From Enoplolaimus lenunculus (Eukaryota), in assembly GCA_030248215.1 (NCBI GenBank), contig JASANG010003092.1, forward strand, positions 744,001 through 808,000: 64,000 bases of DNA. Direction: 5' to 3'. The position numbers and the translations under genes were made by a program. Positions 39,801 through 54,800 of this stretch are shown here, one piece after another (position 1 is the first letter of the stretch; each line of letters starts with the position of its first letter). A model generated the notes under the pieces. It saw only the letters and a list, made by a program, of their open reading frames with translations. It had not been told where the DNA came from and searched no databases.

Positions 39801-42800
39801 AAATTAAATTGAGTAAAAAAGACAACTTTTTCTTACGTAGGAATTCAACAACTTCACAGTAAATACGAGTATGTTTAGTAATGTTGAAACCATCGGTGAA
39901 GTCAACGTAGAAATGACAATTAAATTGAGAACTGAATAAAATAATGTTATGCATTGGATTTTGATTAATTTGAGAAGAAATATTTTTTTATTAATTTTGA
40001 GTAAAATGTTATTGAAATGAACGTATTTCGCGGAAACTCAGAACAACTTTAGCATAAATCAGCCGATGCTCAGTAATGTTGGATACGTCGTTTTTCTGAC
40101 CGAGTATGCCAAGCGACAAAATTGTTTTGATCGTTAAAGTTCATAACGTTATCCTAAATCCTATTAAAGTTCACTCTTTTTCTTGTATCTTCAAAAATTT
40201 CGCAAAATGAATATATCTTTCCTGAGCTGTCTCCTTGTAAGCGCCCCTGATGAATGCTGTGAATTTCTTTTAACAAAGACATTTCATCATTAAGTTTAAG
40301 TGACAGTTATAATAGACATCAACTCGTTCTGCGGTACGGGGTAGGGTAAGCAAGATTTAAGCAAATAAGCCGATTGAACGAATTCAATATTTTTGAGGAG
40401 ACGTAACTTTTGAAAAGCATTTGAGCGAAAAGATTAGCGGGAGCGGCTATTCAACTTTGTCCCATTACTCTAAAATACAGGCAGACTCATCGTTTGATTG
40501 ACCCATTCGAGCCCATTTGTGTAACATCATTCTTGACTCGAATGTTGCCCCACCAGTCTACGGGCACTTGGATATAAACTCATCGCTTGCTTCACCCATT
40601 CAAGCACCTCTGCGTATCATTCTTTGACTCACCTCAATATCTAATTCGTAGAAGCCAGTCGGAAACGTTCGTTCTGGTACCACAAGTCGCTCAGGCTGAA
40701 ACGAACCTTTGTTGCACGATGTCTCGAGCGTAGTTGGCGGTTTGCCTTCAGGTAACAACTGTAAATCACGGACTTGATAGCTGAAACAATAACACCAGGT
40801 GTAGAAGGGCTTATAAAAATTACACTGCGACTGTGAATAGAAGTTTCTGTTGGCAGAGCACAACTAAATATCAAATCGAAGTTCTGTAAATGGGAAGACG
40901 AAACGAAGAATTTTTGACAAATGTACAAACAACTTCAGAACTAGCGGCGATTTGTGAGGATGTTCAAGTTTCACGCGCTGACTGCGTTTTGGCTCCAACT
41001 GCGACCACTTCAATCCGTTGCTCCACAGCATCACCGTTGATTTGAACAGCCAACGGCGTAGCCACAGCGGGGGCCAACTTATTTTTGCTTTGCCAAGACG
41101 AATTACAAATTTTTTAAGTATTCGCACCAGAAATCCGCAGTGTTTAATAAGATATAACGGAACGTAACCCCTATACAAATTTAATGGGATTGCCCCTGTA
41201 CGCAGCTTAGAGTGAGCTGCCAATGCCAACTCGTAACCAGCTGACCTTCTTGCTAGGGGGACTAAAAAATATTCAGGAGGGGCATTCAAGGGTTTTAATG
41301 AGTTACATGCAAGGCTGACAATTTTCTAGGGGAGAGTCAAAATTTTTCTAGGGGGCTCATTCCCACCTAGCCCCCCCCCTTGGCTACGGGCGTGTCCCTA
41401 TGACTTATTCTATGATTATGTTGATTTATATACAGCCGCCGCTAGATTAAATCCAGTTAACCTGAAAGTTATTTCTTTACGATTACTGCTATCAGAGCAT
41501 GTAACTTCTTTCATCATTTCAACAGTGATTATATCAGAACGTTTAATAGTTTTCGGATAGTCTGAAACAAACAATACAGTGCGGCGAATCCAGGCATGAA
41601 ATTAGGAACCATATTCTCAAATGTCTATAGCAACTATCATCCGTTACGTTTTTAAACTCGCTAACTGTTGCAGTTGCTGAGTTCGAAATTGGAACAGCCG
41701 TAGAGCAGATAAAATGCAAAATATCTGCGAAATTTTGAGCTTTAGCATTGACTGGTTCAAATGTTACTAGATCTATCACCAACTTGTAATAGATTCTACA
41801 CAAATTTGATAATACGGGCCTAAGTCTGAGATGGAACAGAAAATATCCATATGAAAACAGGTCATATAAACGGAATGTCCACCACAAAGTATATAGTAAC
41901 TCTCACAAACTCAAGACGTTTTCCCCATCAAAGCGCCGACACATATGATCCTTGTTCAAAACGAGAAAACTACACACAAAAAATAGCTTTGAAATTTCAA
42001 GACTCTTACTTTCACTGTTAAATTGTCTAAACTAGGAAAATGTCTGGAACTCTAGGTATAAGTAGTCTGAAACAGCTCAAAAACTCATGTTTGAAATGGT
42101 TAAAACATAAATGACTTATTTAAGAAATTAGTACTGTAGTGGCCCGAATAAGAGGGGGTAGTAAGAGGAGGTCCCCGTTTTGAGTCCCAATCGATAGGAG
42201 TCCGTATCCCTAATAAGGATCAGCAAGCGGATAGAGTCTCTAAACCCTAATTTGATTCCATAAATGTTACTTATCCTCAAATGTAGTACATAAATGACTC
42301 CTGCACCAAATACAGATGAGTTCGCAACCTTAATAAAACATAGTAAAGTTTGAAAGTACATTGTTAAGTATAACCTTGCATTATCGCTCAAGTTTTTGAG
42401 GACAAATATACGTTTAATTCAACGGATAGTTGCAATACCGGTATCTATATCAATAACGAACGGCGGGTTAAAACAAATAACAGTCAGTAACCGAACAACG
42501 GGAGAACCCTCTGAAGAGGCTAAATAAAGATCAGATGCCCCTCTTATTCGTGTCACTACATACAGTATTGCTAATTTAGAACAAATTTAGCTTGTTGATT
42601 TTAATGCATGTCAACGAGCTACTTCGTTTATATTCTTAACAGTGTATAGAAATAATAAAATTCCAAAGATATTTTACGTTAACCTCAGGTTCCCCTAACC
42701 TAAGCTTACATCTAAGGCATATCCTTGGTACAGAACGCACCCAGTAGCATATTGTTCTCTAAACGCATTTTAATAAATCAACTTTAAGTTAAACCAGTGG

Positions 42801-45800
42801 GTTCGCAAATTCAAAAACGATTTCTCACCAATTGTCGATACATAATCCGGCTCCAAAACCACAAAACTGCACGTCACACCATCGTAATCTGGCACAACTG
42901 TAAGCGTTGGGCACAACTTTGGAGTCAACCTTGAGTAGACGTTCGACACGACCGCTGATACTTTGTAGTCGCCGACTTCGTCGTACGTAAGTTCAAACGA
43001 ATACTGATACGGCGATATCACCAGCGCACGAACGTTACCCGACCGAATTTCAATTGGATTCGATTTTGCACGATCGATGGCGACTATCGCTGATGTGCCG
43101 TCGCCCTAAAATGTTTTAGGGTCATTTGGTTTCAAAACGGTATAATTTCTTGTAATACACTTAGCAGTGTATTTAACCCTTTCTTACATGAATATTTTCT
43201 ATTTCCCCTGAGACCTACTTTTATGCTAGGATTCGAACTCCGGTGACTGGAGTGGGAGGCGTATACCATCACCACTCAGCTATAGGAGCTTGACGCTCGA
43301 GCCCGAGGGGGCTCTCACGTCTTGTGGTGATTTAGTACTATGTATACGTGTTGCAATTGTTAAACACGGTTCGATATATACTGTTTAACGTATATATACT
43401 GCGCTAAGTTGCCTATAGGCAACTCAATGTGAGAAGGGGTTAAGCATGTGAGACATTCTTGTCCGTTATATATACATGCAATATAGTACAGTGCTGGTAT
43501 CATACGACCTACACATATAGTCGACGAAAAATGCAGTTGAAGAGGCGGGCTGCGTTGCGCACTGGCAGTGTGTGCGCTTAAAGATTCGTATGCTAAGAGT
43601 TCGATCCCCGCTCCGGAGACCCGCTCTTTCAGCTGCTTAGTAAAAAGGACTGATGTCTTAGTTCCACCTAGACTGGCAAGTAGTAGTCGAGAACGTTTCG
43701 TTTGCTTTAAAATAAATCAGTTTATTGTATTAAAGACAGTGAAAGTGCCCTGTTTGTCAATTTTTAATCAATCTACACTAACAATCACTATGCGAGATTT
43801 TATTTAGACACGCCGTAATCTCGTGTAAAAGTTAATAACGTACAAAAAATGTATTCGAAAGCCTGTAGAAGTGTCTTTTGGAATGTTTTGTACACGTCAC
43901 TAGCTTCAGTTTTAAATGCTACAACCGGAAACAGTAGCCGAAGGTGGACAGGGTGTTCAGATGTTCCTAGCCGGGTTTTTACAATGGCTGCGCTGAAGAT
44001 TAACAGTTAACGTATTTGTCATTAGGCAATATTTTTGGATCAACGATAAGACTTTTTCCGAAACTTTTTCCGGTTAAAATCTCGTATGCCCACTAAATTT
44101 AAGATCTTACGCTCTAACTATTAATAAGTAGGGTAGCCATAAATTCATTTCGAGAAAGTAGAACCCCTGTCAAAAGTTATTTTAGCTTTATCATCCAAAC
44201 GATTGTCAAACCCGGAATGCGCCGTTCACAATAATTTCGTCAACGGTGTCACAAAATCTCTTCTGACCATTACTATCACGAGCTCAGATTTTGTGGCACC
44301 ACGAACAAAACAATTTTGTGAACGGAGAATAAAAGTACCTTTTGGCTCGCCTCCTATGGAATTCAACGAGATGTATCCTTTTCGTGCCATCTGTAGGTAC
44401 GCGCATGCTCCGACTAATCTGTGCCATTGATTGTACCAAAACCAACAAAGAGTATTTGTGAGACTTACCCAAACTTTAGAAATCGGCGAGATTTACCTTT
44501 GATAAATCAACCGTTAGAGGCGAACCGTCAAGTATTGTCAACGTTAAAACAACTGCTTCGGATTGCGAAAATTTCGTTCTGTCTGCGGACAAAAATGTTT
44601 GATTGATTGCGTTACCAACTTGAACGGCGATCTGGAAACACAAAAATTGTAAATATGCAAAAATTTTGATTGCTTATGACAGGGTGAGCCGTGAGCCTTT
44701 TTCAGCAAAGTTCTCGGCCGCAGAAACGTCGTATGAGCGCAAGGACTGTTATTTACTTGTTGAATAGTTCGCTAATAACTCACTTGCATATTCGCTTAAT
44801 TGTAAAGCAAGTGAGTCAAAATATACGTTTGTCCTTAATAAACCGGGGAAGTTTGTGCAGACAGATTAAAAAGTAAGTATATCTTAGCCTTGCTCAATAC
44901 ATGTAGTTCCACTACAACTGGCTTGAGACAGAAATACGTGTAAACAAATCGCTAAAAGGTTCGATCATTTTAGCTACATTAAATGAAACCATTTTGTAAC
45001 CGTAAAATTCTCTTAAAAATACATTTAATCCATTGCTATACCTTCTGTTCAGTTTCGCTAACGTTATTTTTAACAATGCAGCTTGCGTGGTACACTCGAT
45101 AATCAGCATAATTATGCTTTACTTTCACAAGCATTGCTAAAATTACAATAAAATAGAACAGTTCAGCTTAAGAAGATGCACGTATACTGCCGGCAGTCTA
45201 ATCAATATAGCGCAATTGATCACACCATTTGATCGTAATAGGCAATCATGAACAATATCTATATTAATAAAGTTGAAACACCGACAACGCGTAACTTGAC
45301 GCAAAGCAAGACTAAAAACGCAAATAATCCATTGAAGTGGAAAGTTACGTGTTAAATTCCCAATTTTACAGTAATATTTTGATAATAAAACTACCTGATC
45401 GACGTGCTTTTTTAAATATTAAATTTCCGTCGTGATTTTCTTGCGCTAACGTGCTTTGTCGCTTGCCTATTGCATACTTGACACTTTCACCGTCACCAAA
45501 ATTCCACTCGAGCATAATATTTGCCGGTGGAACCTGAAATAGCATCGAAAAATTGAGAAAAATATTAATGAAGTTGACAGTGAGTACAAAAACTAATGTG
45601 TGTTGTTATTGTAAATTATTCTCTGTTGTGGCTTATTTATATATAAATTATAGAACGCAAACGGGAGCAGATATTTGGATCCATTACCAAATTACGTTTT
45701 GAGGCCATTCCAAATTAGTATTGTTTACGTATCAGTTCTTTGATTGTACGTATCCGCCAGGGTGAAACCGAACGCCTCCCTCCGGCTCAGGCCTCGGTAG

Positions 45801-48800
45801 AATATTGTCCGGAGCTCTCGGCAGTTTCGATTACGATTGGTTTTTTTACAAATTTTGCGCTATTTTATGAGCTTGTTTCTATTGTTGGACTAATTTTTAT
45901 GGTGAATTTGCCGGGATTTTTAAATTGGAAGTTTTATAGCATTTTTTGACATTGTTTTTCTGGTTACTGTTAACACCAGTCGTAGTGGTATGTACTACAT
46001 GTTTTGAACGAAGCTCGGACATACTTTTTAAATATGTCTAGTTAAACACTCCAAGCTTATAAAGCTCAAACGCATATTTTGCCCCACTACTTTCCTAATC
46101 CTAAGCCTAAGTCTAAGTGTAAGAACGAGCATATTCCTAAGGCTAAACCTAAGCCTAAGCCTGTGCCAAGCAACAAAATTAGTCTAAAGCTTAAGCTTAC
46201 TCCTTTCTAGTTTCACAGAAAAACGTTCCGCCCTGATCTTTACATGGGCCCTCGCACGCAAAGCTCTTTAGTACAGTAATTAGATTGCTTGTAACCCTAA
46301 TAACTTGTGAAATAAATGTAAAAAGTTCTGATTCAGGCTAAACCAATTATGTAAATTATCCTGTAGCTAATAAACGGCATAAATTTTAAAACGCCAATGT
46401 GAGGTCAACAATCCAGGGTAAAAACTTTCAAAACAAAAAACTTATCAAAACCCATTCAGCGGTTCCCGAGGTTCTCGTCGTATGGTCAGACGAACAGACG
46501 GACAGACTGACAGACGGTCGGAAGGGCGGACATCCAGTTTGGGCTTTTGAGTACAAAACAAACGATTCGCAAAACTACGAGCACTCAATTAACGAATTAA
46601 TTTAACACAAATTTCAGTAAGTAATTAAGACTTAACCGCTGGCTTCAGCATCAATTTTGGCTTCGGCAAAATTTGTTAAGATCCGACTTAGGTTGTTTAC
46701 CTCTAGTTGCATCCGGAATGCGCATCTGCACTACTGTTCTAAAATGAAATACCAGCCATGGCTGTGTGGATGCCATTAGGTCCATGCACTTGAAAATAGA
46801 AAAAATCATTCTAAATTCTGCCCAGAAAACTGCGGAATTTTCCGCTCTGATTAGAAACCGCTGTATTTTTATTTGCATTCGAGACGGGATGAGAACGTCT
46901 ACTCTGTAGCCGCAAGAGTGTGGCAATAGAGTGAGGCGATTCTGAAGCGTTCAATTTAGCGGTTTGAAATTTTCAGACCTTCAGTAGCAATGAAGAGTGT
47001 ATATGCGGGTGTGTGTTTAAACTTGCGGTTACCCAAGTCAACAGGGTTAATAACCTGCCAAGCCAACCCGAGGTCCTAGGCGTTTTAACTCTTCCGTTCT
47101 GTGCTTAACTACTACCTCCATATTTGTTGTTTGTTGTTATTATTGTGTTGCTTTTATTTGTCTTTGTTTCTACTGAAATTTTCGACTTACGCAAATCAAC
47201 AGCCGGTTTATAAGGTTTTTGTAAAATTTTCAAAGTTACGGAAGCTTATGCAAATAATATTTGGTCTATGCATATTTTTGTTAGCCACCATTTTGGGTAT
47301 AAATGCTGGTGCTGACTTAGTAATTCAGGCATTCGGTCAAATTATCTCGTCGTTAGTTTGCCGGTATTGCAAAGGGGATTCCTTTCTGTTTTCTATCACT
47401 GAGTTTGTTTTAACTGTCTTATTTTTGTTTTAAGTCAAAGGATTTTAAAGCTAAAAGTGTAGTCGACAATAAGAGAAGAAGTCCGCTACAGGAAATTTTA
47501 CGTTGTTTTTCTGTTTTGCTCTAACATTCGGGTACCGGTGGTCAGAAATGTCAGCGGTACCTGGGAGATCCGGTCAAAACATTTTAATGCTTTAATACAT
47601 CAATGAATCCTACGAGTTGTCGAATTTTAGTAAATGAAGCGTCCAAAATACAATGGTCTGGTCCAAAACGTTGTATGGGCTCCTATCATTTTGCTGCTTT
47701 GACGTTGAAATTGTTGTCTTTGCGTTGTTGTTCGACTGATGATGCCGCGACCCCCGCTGGACGGAGTTGTTTTTGTTGAATCTAACTCGGACGATCTCAT
47801 TCCATGGCCGAGCGGAACCGATTTGGATTTTGTTGTTGCTGTCCGGACCCAGAGCGTACGCTTCTTGTACATATCCCTCTCTCTTTTGTCATTTACATTT
47901 TTGGGTCCTTTGTATTTTCCGATCGTTGTATTCAAACGTTTTACAGTCCTAGGAACGGACGGTGTGGGTCCACCATTCTCCCATCCATTTTTTGACCAAC
48001 GGCTTTTTACCTAAAATTTATTTGTCCCGCACTTCAATATTTTTCCTACCCACAAGATGGTAGAGTAAATTGCCCGCCACGGTGGTCAGAAATTTTATTC
48101 CAGGTGCAAGAATGCGCTTGGATATGAGGCTTTTAGCTCTGAAATATCTCGTTTTCCTGACGAGAAATTCGTGTTTTGATGCAAGCCATTAAATTGTTTC
48201 GTTGAAACAATTTGGCGTTTGGTAGTAATAGTTACGCTACAAGTGCAAAAGTACTGCGAGCCTGTGATGAATATTGCCATTCCGAACACGATTGAACGGA
48301 GTGCAGAACTAGACTCTGTAACCAATTTAGATTGACCATAAAGGGTACCCGCCAAGGATGGGTGGCTTAGACTTTAATCTGGGGAACCAACCTTATAATA
48401 CCAAAATTGAGATACAGTGCACGCAAGTTAATACCAGTCGTAGTGGGACTACATTTATTGAGCGAAGCTCGAACGCACGTAAGCAATTAAGCTAATATGC
48501 AAATTAGCTATTAGCTAATTATTCAATTATCGGTTTTGGATGTTTGTAAACTATTTATTCAAATTCCTCGCACCCAAAAACCCTTCAGCCACTCTAATAA
48601 TTTTTGGAATATTTTAAAAAGTCCTAATTTTGTTTTGTCAATTAAGCTAATATGCAAATTAGTTATTAGCTAACTATTCAATTATCGGTTTTGGATGTTT
48701 GTAAACTATTTATTCAAATTCCTCGCACCCAAAAACCCTTCAGCCACTCTAATAATTTTTGGAATAATTTAAAAAGTCCTAGTTTTGTCTTGTCAATTAA

Positions 48801-51800
48801 GCTGATATGCAAATTAGCTATTAGCTAACTCTTCAATTATCGGTTTTGGATATTTGTAAACTATTTATTCAAATTCCTCGCACCAAAAACCCTTTAGTGC
48901 TGGAATCATATTGCTTTTAACCTTAATAATTGGTGAAATATTGTAAAAAGTCGTAATTTAGGCTTATAAACTATGCTAATATGCAAATTATCTATTAGCT
49001 AACTGCTCAATTATCAGTTTTGGAGGTTTGTAAACAGTCTACGCAGATTCATCGCACCCAAAAACCCTTTAATGCTAAAATTAGATTGCTTCTAACTGTA
49101 ATAATTAGTAAAATATTGTGGAAAGTCCTAATTTAGGCTAAATTAATTATGCAAATTAGTCTGTAGGTAATAAACGGCTTAAAATTTTAAAACCCTAATG
49201 CGAGGTTAACACCCCACAATAATTGGCTGTCAAACAAAAAAAGTTTATCAAAATCGGTTCAGCCGTTCCTGAGATTCTTTTCGGACGGACAGACGGACAG
49301 ACGGACATCCACCTTTCGACCCCCAAGTACAAAACATAAAACGCTTCGCGAAACTCCGAGCTTCGCTCGGAGTTTCTCTTCGCTCAATTATAAAAGATGC
49401 ATAAAAATAAAACAAAACTGTTAACCCTTACCAATATTTCAAATATTACATCTTGCGAAGTCAGCGAAACGTTTGCAGCGGTCAACTGAACATTTTTTAT
49501 TTTTTCTTCAACGTATACAGTGGCCGCTCGAGATAATTTACTGATAAAGTTTGCCGCATCTGCTCGGATTACAAACACACCCTTGCGAACGTACTTATGT
49601 CGTAGTGAACCAAAGAACGGAAGTTTACCCTGAAATTGTATAAAAATTGTTAGCGATTGACAGCGCTAGAAAATGCAGATTCAACGCGACGTTTTTGAAC
49701 AAAACGTTTAATAGGATGACAGTGTGACATCAATGAAGCAATAATTTTTGCTCTATATACCTAGATATACAAAAATTACTTAACGATCTCAAACGGCGCT
49801 CTGGCCCGTAGTCAGCTCACCTTACTAGGGGGACAAAAAATTTTCAAGAGGGGCATACAGGGGCTTTGATTGACTTACAAGCAAGGTTAAAAAATTTCTA
49901 GGAGGCCAAAAGTTTTTCAGAGGGTACCTAACTCCCTGGCTCTCCTTGGCAACAGGTCCGGGGTGCATTTGCGTCCCCCTTACACATATACGATGGAACC
50001 CCTGTTGCAGGCATAGAGGCAACGGTGCCGTGGCATAAAGAGTACAAAATACAGTATATACCACGACGGAGGAGTTCCAAAAGCACTTAAAGTGGACTAC
50101 GTTTAATTATAGGGCCTCCGGTATAAGTTTCATTAATCATTTCAGTCTAAGAGTAACCGGTAAACAATATATTTCACTGTAATCATAGTTTCAGTGATGT
50201 AAGCATTGCTACAAGTAATTTATGAATACATTTAGAAGACAAAATACAAACCCTGTCTAAATTGAAAACCTATATTCAATATATATCCGTATTTTTGGCT
50301 TCGACTCATTGTGTTTTGTCAATCAAACCACAAGAAATAGAGAACAATGTCATAAGTATGGGATACTAAACCACTACGGGTACCCAAACTTCCTTAATAT
50401 TTAAAATAACTTTTATTTATGATTACGAGTTGTGTAACTGTTTTTAAAAATTTACCATTAAATAATGCATCGTCCCATCGCCCATACTGACAATAATATC
50501 GATAAAACCAGACGCTTCGTTAGCACCTTCGGCCTCTGAAAAATAGAAACCCCCTTGCATTTTCAGCAACGTACACAAACGGGGATGGATAGAGAGGATA
50601 TATCTTTTCGCGAAATTTCTGGTGAGATCAGAAAAAAAAGAACTTCTCACAGTCTTTAGAATGACCTATTACCAGTCGTAGTGGGACTACATTTATTGAG
50701 CGAAGCTCAAACACACGTAAGCAATTTTGGTAATATGCAAATTAGTTATTAGCTAACTATTCATTTATCGATTTTGGAGGTTTGTAAGCAATTTCCTCAG
50801 ATTCCTCGCACCCAAAAACCCTTCAGCCACCCTATAATTTTTAAAATAATTTAAAAAGTCCTAATTTTGTCTTGTCAATTAAGCTAATATGCAAATTAGT
50901 TATTAGCTAACTATTCAACTATCGGTTTTGGATGTTTGTAAACTATTTATTCAAATTCCATGCACCTAAAAACCCTTTAGTGCTGAAATCATATTGCTTT
51001 TAACCTTAATAATTAGTAAAATATTGTAAAAAGTCCTAATTTAGGCTTATAAACTACGCTAATATGCAAATGATCTATTAGCTAACTGCTCAATCATCGG
51101 TTTTGGAGGTTTGTAGACAGTCTACGCGGATTCCTCGCACCCAAAACCCTTTAATACTAATATTAGATTGCTTCTAACTGTAATAATGAGTGAAATATTG
51201 TGGAAAGTACTAATTTAGGCTTAATTAATTATGTAAATTAGCCTGTAGCTAATAAACGGCGTAAAATTTTAAAACCCCAATGCGAGGTGAACACCCCAGG
51301 ATAATTGGCTTTCAAACAAAAAAGTTTATCAAAATCGGTTCAGCCGTTCCTGAGATTCTTTTCGGACGGACAGACGGACAGACGGACGGACGGACATCCA
51401 CCTTTCGACCCCCAAGTACAAAACATAAAACGGTTCGCGAAACTCCGAGCTTCGCTCAATAAGATTCTAAAGGTCAAAAAAATTTTGTGTACAGGAAATT
51501 GTAGCCTTTCAAACTGAAATTGAGGGTCACGATTTTGTACAATTTTTAGTTTTGAGTGCTCTTCTGAGTTTATAGCATCGATGTCCAATGTATAGAACAG
51601 GACTGTAACTGTAGTATACATTTTTCTAAGCCTAAACCTAAGCGTAAAAATGCCCCTGATTTTTACAATGCCCGCCGTCATTAAACGATTTACAAATAAT
51701 CTGCATGCAACCGTTTAGTTAAAAATGTTGATTAAAGCAAAAGTGGACAATCGCTATTTGACAAAAGTGTACAACTGAGCGCATTCTGTGTAGAAAAGTA

Positions 51801-54800
51801 TGTACCCGGCACTCGTTGCTTTTCTGGCCAACCTCCCCCTTTATAAACAATCATTAATTGCAATTGTAATCGTCCCCCCAAAATTATTCGGCGCTCCCCA
51901 AATATAATTTTCTGCGGACGCCCGTGGTTATGCCCCGCCGTACTGAAATCCTAGCTAGATCCACGTTAGCCACTACTATGGGTGGTGACGTTCTTCGAGT
52001 TCAATCTCAAAATTGGTTTACTTACCAATTTCCAATGAAAACGTTTGATTCGGTTCAATATGAGGCTCTTCAACGTGAACTTTGAGCCGAATTAAGCGAT
52101 TTTCAATAAAATACAATATTTGACGCATAACACCGTAGTTGGATTCAAACGTAATGGGCAGAGCGCCGGCACAATATAGTTCTTTCTTCGAAAGTTCGTA
52201 TAAACCTAAAACAGGTGCATCGGATGTCTGAGGGCTGCGCTAGTGAAGTACAAGACGGTGGACCAAAAACAAACTTTTTGTTGAAATTTGGGGCGCCCGC
52301 TCGGCCTGGCATGGCTCCGAACATAATGAAAAAGTATAACGCAGCCTTTAGAATACGGCTAAAATTAATGAAATGTAATAATATTCACTTCGAAAGTTTT
52401 GCGTTTTAGTACTTTGATTTTTAAAATAACTCAAAAACCTTTGAAATTGTGCGGAATCTTAAGTGGGAAATTCTTGTATACTTCAGAATATGAAGATTTT
52501 GAGCAAACTAAATGAGGTTTTCTTGTTATGAGACGTACAAAGTATGCATTTTGAAATCTATAAAATTAAAGCTAGAACGCCCGACATACGTGTTTTGGAT
52601 ACTGTTCCAAATGATTAAGCAAATTAATACTGAATGTTTATAGTTTTAGGTAGAATTTTTTATAGGTTTAGTTTAAATATTGGTCTATAAGAAGATTTTT
52701 GTTGTGTAGCGACATTCTTGCAATAGATAGATTGGCGCCGTTTGTAAGTATTGCAACCACGTTGGCTAGTATATACTATAAAATTAATTGGTAGTTTTAG
52801 TAGGTTAAACCTGCGGATAAAGTGCCAACGACATGGCAACGTTATGTATGAAACTAACCATTTTTAGGTTGTATCGGTAAAACATCATCGCGTGCGTACA
52901 ATATAGGAACGGTCCAATTTGAAGGAATTTTAATTTTATTCACTTTTTCGAATTCAATTTTCCGTTCCTCAAATTCGATTTTTGAGTTCGAGTTGTCAAC
53001 TGTTATGTTTTGAGATGTAACGTCGGCACCCTGAAAACTTCAAAAGGATATAAACATAAATCCAGTCCCGTGACCCGATCGGAGTCCTGGGAAGGGCTGT
53101 GCTCCCCTGGAAAATTTTTGACCCATCCTAGTTAAGTATAAACCTCATTTGTAACTCATGTGAAATGCTTTGATTTTCCTCCTGAAAATTGTTTACCCCC
53201 ACCACTTACTACGTTAAGCAGGCTACGGGACTTCAGAAATCTAATATGTTTCCGAAGTTCGAATACTGGTTTTAAGTTTTTGAACCATCAGTGAAAAAAT
53301 TCTCAGAGCGGGGCCGTAGCCAGAACGGGGCCGGGGGGCTCACCCCCTGGAAGAGTTGGCCCACCTAGAAAATTTTTTAACTTAGCTTGTAAGTCACCGA
53401 AAATCCTTGCACCCCCCTCCTGAAAATATTTAGCCCCCTCTAGCAAGGTGAGTTGGCTACGGGTCTATCTCAGAGTGATAAACGTTGAATAACAAAAGAT
53501 TCATAAAACCCATTATTTTTAAGAGCCAGGAACATGCTTAATCTACTGTTACGGCCCTAAAAGTAACATTGGCTCTAAACTATATTATTTCATACCTTAC
53601 TGTTAAAACAGTACGCATTCACGTTATAAACGCCAGGTTTGCCATAGTTATGCTTCAATTCGAACAATTTTCGATTGTCACGTTGGACGAACATTAACTT
53701 TTTCAGCTTTCCATCGCCAAATTGAACCAAACAAATTGATTTTGATCCAGAAATTGCAACCAGTTTGACGTCAGCTTTCATTACTGGCGGTTTGGTGCGA
53801 TCCAACACCATTCCAACCTAAAAATAAAATTATACAAGCGTCGCATGTTATTGGCTAATTGGTGTAACAAGGATTGTAGGTTGGAAAAAGCCACGTCAAT
53901 TTAACTGAAATGTATATGGCTTTGTGTTTAAGCCTTCCTGTTTCAGCTGGCAAAGAAACGTGTCAAAGTCATTGGAAGCGATTTGCAATGCTTACTTCCC
54001 TCGCTGCCTGTGTCCGGGAGTTTAGTTGCAATATGAGATGCAGGGTTCTCTCAAAAAAGTCGGATTCTAAAAACATTTTGCATATTTAAGCTTTTCGTGA
54101 TGTTCCTTGATCTTTTCACGTCCAAAATTTAATTTTTACAAAAATTATATTTATTATGGTCCCAAAATCTTCCTTAGGACACAAAATGTTTTGCTAGAGG
54201 GACCTCGAGACCTTAAAAAGTTAAATTTTCAAAAATTCAAATTAGGGTGTGAAACAATCAGGGAGGTCCAAAAAGTCCTAATATGCCAAAAAATTGTTTG
54301 AAGTCCGACCATTTTTCGGAAAAGACCGGATGGGGAGATAATCCAAAAGACTCGTAGACACCAAAGTCAACGGTTTGCGCAGCTAAATTTCTTTAAAAAC
54401 TTTACCTCGGTGGTAGCCAAACTGACTCTTATTAAGCGTCGGAAACGATCTCGTTTTGAATCCAAAATATATCATCATTGCAAAGCATTTTGCTTATCAA
54501 TTATAATCATGCGTATTAATTTACAACACTGTAAATTTCAGTGAGTTGATTAATCAACTCAGTGAGAAAATTAGTTATTTCTGGCTGGTTATTTCTGAGT
54601 TATTAACAGTAAACATTAACTCACTATGAGCTGATTTTATTCCGGGGTAGTTGATCAATTAACTCAGAATGAGTTTAATTAATTCAGAATTCTGAGTTCT
54701 CAAAAACCTAATTCAGAGCTCAGACTTCTGAGTGGATTGCACTCATTCCGAGTTAAAATGAACTCACTGTAACAGAGAACTAAAAAAACGAAATAACTTA

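Noticed and set aside
40864..41289. 141-aa ORF as a nested gene
   Set aside because: It starts in a MITE, has no recognisable motif and is not needed for the gene model
47101..47433. Plus-strand hydrophobic 110-aa ORF as a membrane or secreted protein
   Set aside because: It has a non-ATG start, and T-rich low-complexity sequence explains the hydrophobicity
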